DNA of 64,000 nt, from NCBI GenBank assembly GCA_964016885.1, contig OZ024741.1, forward strand, positions 291,710,001 through 291,774,000. Reading direction: 5' to 3'. Position 1 is the first letter of the stretch, and each line of letters opens with the position of its first letter. A program made the translations under genes and the position numbers. Positions 57,278 through 64,000 of the stretch are shown piece by piece. The DNA comes from Eledone cirrhosa. Lineage: Eukaryota. The notes below the pieces were generated by a model. That model did not search any database. It was not told the origin of the DNA and was given only the letters and a program-made list of their open reading frames with translations.

Positions 57278-60200
57278 CTTCTTCTGGTTTTATAATTTTA
57301 TAAATGTTTACAAATCGTGACACAGGATCGGTTTCTCACATAGTTACAAGTCTCTCTCATTGGAATTTACACATCAACTAGGTAGATATATCTGCATGTC
57401 TGCATGCATGCATGTGTGTGAAGGTATGGATGTTATTGTAAGTGTGGATGTGTATGTTTTGAGTTATATGTGTGCATGTGCATATGCTTTGTATCTGTAC
57501 ATGTGTATATGCAGTTATTAGGTGCAGAATTTTTTGAATGTTTTACATATTTTTACTGATCCATTAATGGATTGTACTTGTAATTTCCTAACTAATCGGG
57601 TTATTTCTGTTTCTGTGAAGCCCAGCTTCTCAAGATTTGTATTGAGGCAGTTACTAACATATCCCAATGCCCCAATAATCACAGGCATAAATCTGAAGGT
57701 ATAGTCAGGGTGGGGTATCTGCAGATTTCTCATTAGTTCTGCATAGATATTCTCCTTTTCACTGATCTTTTCTATTATATTGGCATCTGCTGGTCAGTTA
57801 ATTTCCACTACTGTTCATGCCTTCTTTTTCCTGTCCCATATCATAATATCTGGTCTATTATGCCTGAATTTTATTTGGGGTTTTGACTGGAACATTCCAC
57901 CAGTACTCTTTCATATTTTGTATGTGTATGTCTTCCAAATTGCTGTAGCTTTTAATATGTGTATTATCGGGGCTATCTTTTCTACGGATTGCATTGTACA
58001 GTGTTTTGGCAACTACATCATGCCTCATAGGTAGATAGTACCGCGATGACAATTTGGACAGCTGCTTATGACATGGGGGACATCTACGATGTTAATTCTG
58101 CAACGTCAGCATTTATTGTCACATCTAGGTGTTTTGCCTGCATCCCTATCTCTCTTATGAATCAGGTATTTTGTGTTGATTTTCTGTTCTTGGATTGTAA
58201 AAGCGTATCCTTCAAAGTGGGTGCCAATATAACGGTTCTTAGTCCAAGATAGACTACTTTGCTTACCTATATTACTCCCACTCGGATTTCGTCTATCATG
58301 CAATCAAGTATTCCAAACGTTGGTATTAGGGCAGGCACATTGTGAGCCATTGTTTTATTGTGCGCAGAGAGTTCTGATGACCATATTTTCCTTAATCGGA
58401 TGTACTATTACCTAGTTACGCGTTCCTTATTACAAATACCATTATATGATATATTCTCATCCATCCCAGGTTGCTGTCCTCCTCAGATATCGGTGAAACA
58501 GTTAGGTCACTGAAAAAATCTTATTAGATTGGGTTGTAGTTGTCCCCCGCTTTACAATACGCATTTATCTTGGCCAATCTCCATTCCTATGTCCTTTGAG
58601 AATATTGTGACCAGGTCAACATTTTTCTTCATCCCATATGAGTTCTTGGCATTGAGTTTCAGGTCATCCACAAATAATTTATGGGTTAAGTTCTTATTTC
58701 TGTCCTCCTGTGAGCCAATAATGTAACCTTCACTTTTCTTGAGCAGAAAGGACAAGGTCTTTAATGACAGGATAAATAGTATCACAGAGAGACTGTCTCC
58801 TTGAAATATACCCCTGTGATATTCTACTTTATAGAGTGAAAATAGAGTCCTCCTTCTCTGTTTTTAAGTTTAGGATTGTAGCACAAGAAGAAGATAGCTT
58901 CTCTAAGGCTCTGATAATGATGTCTGGGACTTTAGCAAGTTGGAAAGCCTCTACTATCTAAGAGTGGAAAGCAGAATCACATGCTTTCCTGTAGTCCAAT
59001 CAGAGAATAGCCATTTTCCTCCTACGTTCTCGCACCTCCGACATCGCAGTTTTGTTAATTAGGAGTTGTTCAGCACACCTCCAAACACCTTTCTTTCCAG
59101 CAGCTTGTTCATATGTAATGATGTTATTATTTTCACAGTGATCTTGGAGAAATAGGTTCAGGCAGGCTGTATATATCTTATACATCAGGTTCTGGCATGC
59201 AATGGGTCGGTAGTTTTTTGCCAAGTGGGTATCTTTGTTCTTGAGGACCAGTATGGTTTGTACTAATGTCAACCATTCTGGTATACGTGTATCTCCCTTG
59301 AGAGCTTGTTGGTAGAGGTCGATAAGATACCTTCGATAGAATATCGGTTTTTTGTACCAGTAGCCGACAATCAAGTCTCTTCCAGGTGTTTTCTAACCTT
59401 GGAGTTTTCCTATCACATTCTCACGGGTATCCTCATGTATTTCTTATGTTTTTGTTGTAGTGTAGGAGCAATAGTTATTTTGGATTTCTTTTAGCCACAC
59501 TGCATCTTGGTTGAAATTCTTGTTTTCACCCCATATTTTTCTCTAGAAGGAATCTGTGTCTTTCTGGGATGGGGCCTCGGTGACATCTATTACTTTGCTC
59601 TTCATATCTCTATAGACTGATGTTTGGTTTCGTTTGAATATTTTATTAAGTACTTCTCGTTCATCTACCCTCTTCAGGTATCGACGTTTCTTGCTGACAG
59701 CTCTCAATTCTTGTTTGAGGGTGATCAGCTTATATTGAAGAGTTCTGACTGCACTGTCACCAAATATCGTTTCTATTTTGTTTTTCAATCTTTGTTGGTG
59801 AGGGGTGAATTTTCTATGTTTTTGTTTGCAAGTAAGGAGCATTGTCACATATCCTATAGTTTTTCGTAGGCCAGCAATCTGTTTTCCTATTGTAGTTATA
59901 CATGATGGTATTTTTGGTGGTGCTTTGTTCTTGATAATATCTCTTCTACCACTGTCGTTGCTAGGGCATATAAAAAGGCGTTGATTTGCAAAAATGAGGG
60001 GGCATTAAATCGTCTTAAATATTTATCCCCAAATTTCGTCAATAGCACGTAAGATTTCATTATTTGGTTTTAATTTATTTAGTATTGTTGTTTTATTACG
60101 TTCAGTAAGAGAAATATTAATACATGAATTAATTTCTCTCTTGAAGATTTCGTTGACGGAAAATTTCAATTGTTTATACGTTTGATTATATATATATTAA

Positions 60201-62049
60201 TTTCAACACTTCCGTGTGTCATAATTCTCGATTATCATTGGTTCATAGGTTTCAAACGACTCCGCCCACCTCAACGACGCCAAACTTAAATTAATATGCA
60301 TAATGCCAACGAGGGAGTGAGAGAGGAGAGTAAGAAACAGAGAGGCAAAGTGTTGGATACACTATGTATATGTGTCAGTGTAGAGACATGTGTATGTGTG
60401 ATGTGTGTGGAAATAAGATGGGAAGGAAAGCAATAACTATTCACGTGTGCGTGTGTGTGTACGTGCGCGTATGTTTATGTGTGTGTGCGTGCGTGCAGCG
60501 TTCCACAGAAAGTAAAAACTATCAACATGTGTGAGTGTGTGCGTGTGTGTATGTGCACGGGTGCGTGTGTAAGTTTGCGTGCGTCGCTTCTGATTGCGGT
60601 GGTAATAAAACCTCATCATATGATGAGTCTGGCAAAAAGGTTGGATCCTATGGTCGGCCAGGGCTAGAGTAATATTGAAAAACGATTCTATTTTCGAAGT
60701 AGAAGCATCCGCCATTTGGAGTTCAAACCAGGCCACCTCCCCGAGTTGAACTCTGGGCAACATTGACTGTCTATTACTCAGTGGCTAAGAGCCTGGAAAT
60801 TACTGAATACATTTTTGTGTCATATAATTTGTTGTTTTATTATTATAGCAGACCACTTATAGATAAGCATGTTATCCATATCCATATTAATTTGGCATTT
60901 GTATAAACAATTTCAAGTAAATAGGGACCTTTTTTACATTGACGGACATCTTTTATATTAATTATCTATATCTATATCTACATATAATATAAAAGATTGG
61001 AACTTCCATCATCCTTTGAGAAACGTGGAACAACCACGTCTATGCAATGATATACGTTTTACAGTCAGGCAGAAGATGAACCATCTCCCAGAGGTCACTA
61101 TTTTAGGTGGGAGCACCTAGAATTGTTCATATACTATGCACAAACGGTACAACGAAGAATCTGGTATATCTGGAAGATTGACTTTTACTGTTTTTTGTAT
61201 CACACAGACACAACGAACTCGCCTCATACTGTAACCAGACAAACATCCAATACAGTCATTTTCTCTTTTACCTGTCTTCTCTTATCATCGGTTTACCCGG
61301 GCGAAGCTGGGTACGTCAGCTAGTTATTATTAATAGTGTTTTTCACAACAGTCGAGGCAGATTAAGACGGTACACGTGGTATCAAATTTCTTCCTGGGAT
61401 ATTTGTTTCAAGGGACTGTTCCAGCTTGCTGCTAGGATCACTAGTAGCATGGCGACCTGTAGCACGTGTTGTTGATTTCAAGTTCCTTCTGGGGAAATTC
61501 CAATTAATAATATTTATCTTAGTTTTACGTTCAACAAACGTCGCTTGTTGGCGTAATTGTTTGGCGGGGACGTTATTTAGCTCTGGATGCATTTCGTCTC
61601 AGTATAGCGTCATTCTGTACATATAGCCAACGAAGAGATTTTTTTATCCATTTTATAACAATTAAATAAATCATCATTAAGTTTGTAACCCCAAGAGAAG
61701 TACGATTTATTATTTCGCGTTCTTCTGGAGCTAAAACTAAATACATTTTGTTTACCTTTCTCATTGATTTTCTTCGGTAAATTCTTTTACTTCCTTCTGT
61801 TCGGTAAATTGTTGTTGTTGATGCTGTGTCCATCTATAATGTTTGTAGCAAATCCTTGTAAAATGAATTATATATTTAGTCGGATATCTCTACGAATTCG
61901 AATAAAAGGTGTCTTCAGTGGATATGGGTTAGAAGAATATCCAGTTATTCAAGAAGACTGTTAGTTGTGGCATTACTGTCGGAGATAGAATTCATCTTAA
62001 ATTTAATGAATAGTCTTCCACGCCAAATTGTGCAACTGATCGCGTTGAC
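57278..62049 (-). mobile_element. Near full-length degenerate R4/Dong-type REL LINE in (TACA)n, with nested insertions
   Basis: N-terminal GYMYRM..DEMHPEL..KQLRQQATF (~61550). RT NYRPIAC..YKIYT, RGIFQGDSLS, LFVDDLKL. Cys/His knuckle at ~58060-58125, RHD, EYWWN, RPDI..WD, PVIIGALG. (TATG)n at both ends. Confidence 0.88.
60965..61323 (+). mobile_element. Non-autonomous Helitron-like element nested in the LINE
   Basis: 5' A|TCTATA..TATAATATAAAAG. 3' hairpin ACCCGG gcgaag CTGGGT, then CTAG|T. Inserted between A and T with no TSD. Confidence 0.7.
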
Positions 62050-62266
62050 TGTATGTATGTATGTATGTATGTATGTATGTATGTATGTATGTATGTATGT
62101 ATGTATGTATGTATAAATACATGCATGTATATATGTAAGCATGTATGTATATATGTATGTATGTATGCATGTATATAAGCATAATGTAGAGGCACGCATA
62201 GCCAAGTGGTTAAATGTTCACTTCGCAATTATGATGATAATAGCTTGATCCGATGTTGAGGCACTT

Positions 62267-62470
62267 TGGTTTCTGATTTAGGTACAAGGTCAACAATTTA
62301 TGGGGAAGGGGAAATCGATTAAATAGACCCTAGTGCGTTACTGGTGCTTTATTTTACGACCTCGTAAGAATGAATGGCAAAGCTAACCTCGCGCAATTTT
62401 AACTCAGAACATAAAGGGCCATAAATATATACCGCAAAAGCATCTTGTCCGACGCTTTACCGATATTGCC
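62267..62470 (-). mobile_element. SINE family A (diverged subfamily, like 40929-41113)
   Basis: GGTTTCTGATTTAGGTACAAGGTCAACAATT...GGCAAAGCTAACCTC...AACTCAGAAC. Confidence 0.78.
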
Positions 62471-62729
62471 TATACATAACCCTACTGACATACACTAAAT
62501 AGAATATGAATCAATATTTTGACCCAAAATCTGCAATACTCATCGTCGAAAACGACGGCATTCCATGTATTTTAATTTTAATATATATATTTTAATATAT
62601 ATATATATATATGCATACGCAAACATAAATAATAACATACATACTACTGTAAACGCACACCTCTACCTAAATATCTATCTACATAGTTCCTTCCCAAACT
62701 ATACACGTGCATGCGTGTGTGTATGTGTG

Positions 62730-62763
<34 letters not shown>

Positions 62764-62945
62764 CATATATGTGTGTGTCTTTGTGTATATACATATATGT
62801 GTGGATGTGTGTACGATAATATGTGTGATACATGAAGGGTATTGCTATATATATTTCACACGAGATATTAAGATTGTTAGTGCCACAGTTAAATTGACTT
62901 ATCTTTCGAACTTTATAGCAATTAGTAATTTGTGTGTATATATTT

Positions 62946-62977
<32 letters not shown>

Positions 62978-63017
62978 CCTCTGTATTTATGTATGAATGT
63001 ACATATATATAATCTTA

Positions 63018-63095
<78 letters not shown>

Positions 63096-63172
63096 CATAT
63101 ATAGATATATATACATGTGTGTGTATATACAATACATATACACACAGCCATACACAAACACCCACTCACATG

Positions 63173-63254
<82 letters not shown>

Positions 63255-63607
63255 ACATACATATAGCTATAGATGTACACGCATAAAGAGACAAAGAAAC
63301 AGACATACACATACACAAATATATTCTTGTATGCACGTGAGCCTGCCCAAGTGTATGCAATTTCTATTTCATATTTTCAATTAATGTCAATATAAAATTA
63401 AAAAAATATATTTAATGAGGTATATACAGTTCACAAACACACACACATAAATGCACGAATACACACACATAGACGTGTGTGTATTCGTGCATTCATATTG
63501 ATATGCATGTATAATTGTGTGTATGTATATTTACTTAAGTGTGATTTCGTATTTCGAAAGAATGAGCGTTCGATATATATATTCATATGTACATCGTGGT
63601 AATACAC

Positions 63608-63683
<76 letters not shown>

Positions 63684-63712
63684 CTATCTATAAATACATA
63701 TGTGAGATTGGT

Positions 63713-63777
<65 letters not shown>

Positions 63778-63900
63778 CCTATAATGTATATATATATATA
63801 TATATACATGATATATATATATATATAGCTACCTGTTTCAATTAGTTCCTAACTTGATTTCAATTATCATGGTCTATTGCACAGTAGCACAGGCGTCTTT

Positions 63901-64000
<100 letters not shown>

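Overview
AT-rich, microsatellite-saturated eukaryotic (animal) DNA with no recognisable host protein-coding exon. The SINE family and repeat landscape resemble an octopus/cephalopod genome (my recognition, not a database result). Most ORFs in the track are artefacts of (TA)n, (CA)n, (GA)n, (TAG)n and (AAC)n repeats. The real content is mobile elements: four 5'-truncated Penelope-like retroelements (PLE; RT + C-terminal GIY-YIG), three with inverted duplicate 3' ends; R4/Dong-type REL LINEs (one near full length, in (TACA)n); RTE and probable Tx1/L1 fragments; many tRNA-type SINEs; a Helitron-like element; and MITE-like palindromes. The main hidden signal is RNA-structural. I find about 25 minimal type-I hammerhead ribozyme (HHR) motifs from about 9 sequence-unrelated families, most with self-complementary stem III. 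They sit mainly in short non-coding fold-back elements inserted in (TA)n and in a ~480-bp tandem/permuted retrozyme-like repeat. All structures were paired by eye, and element boundaries are approximate.
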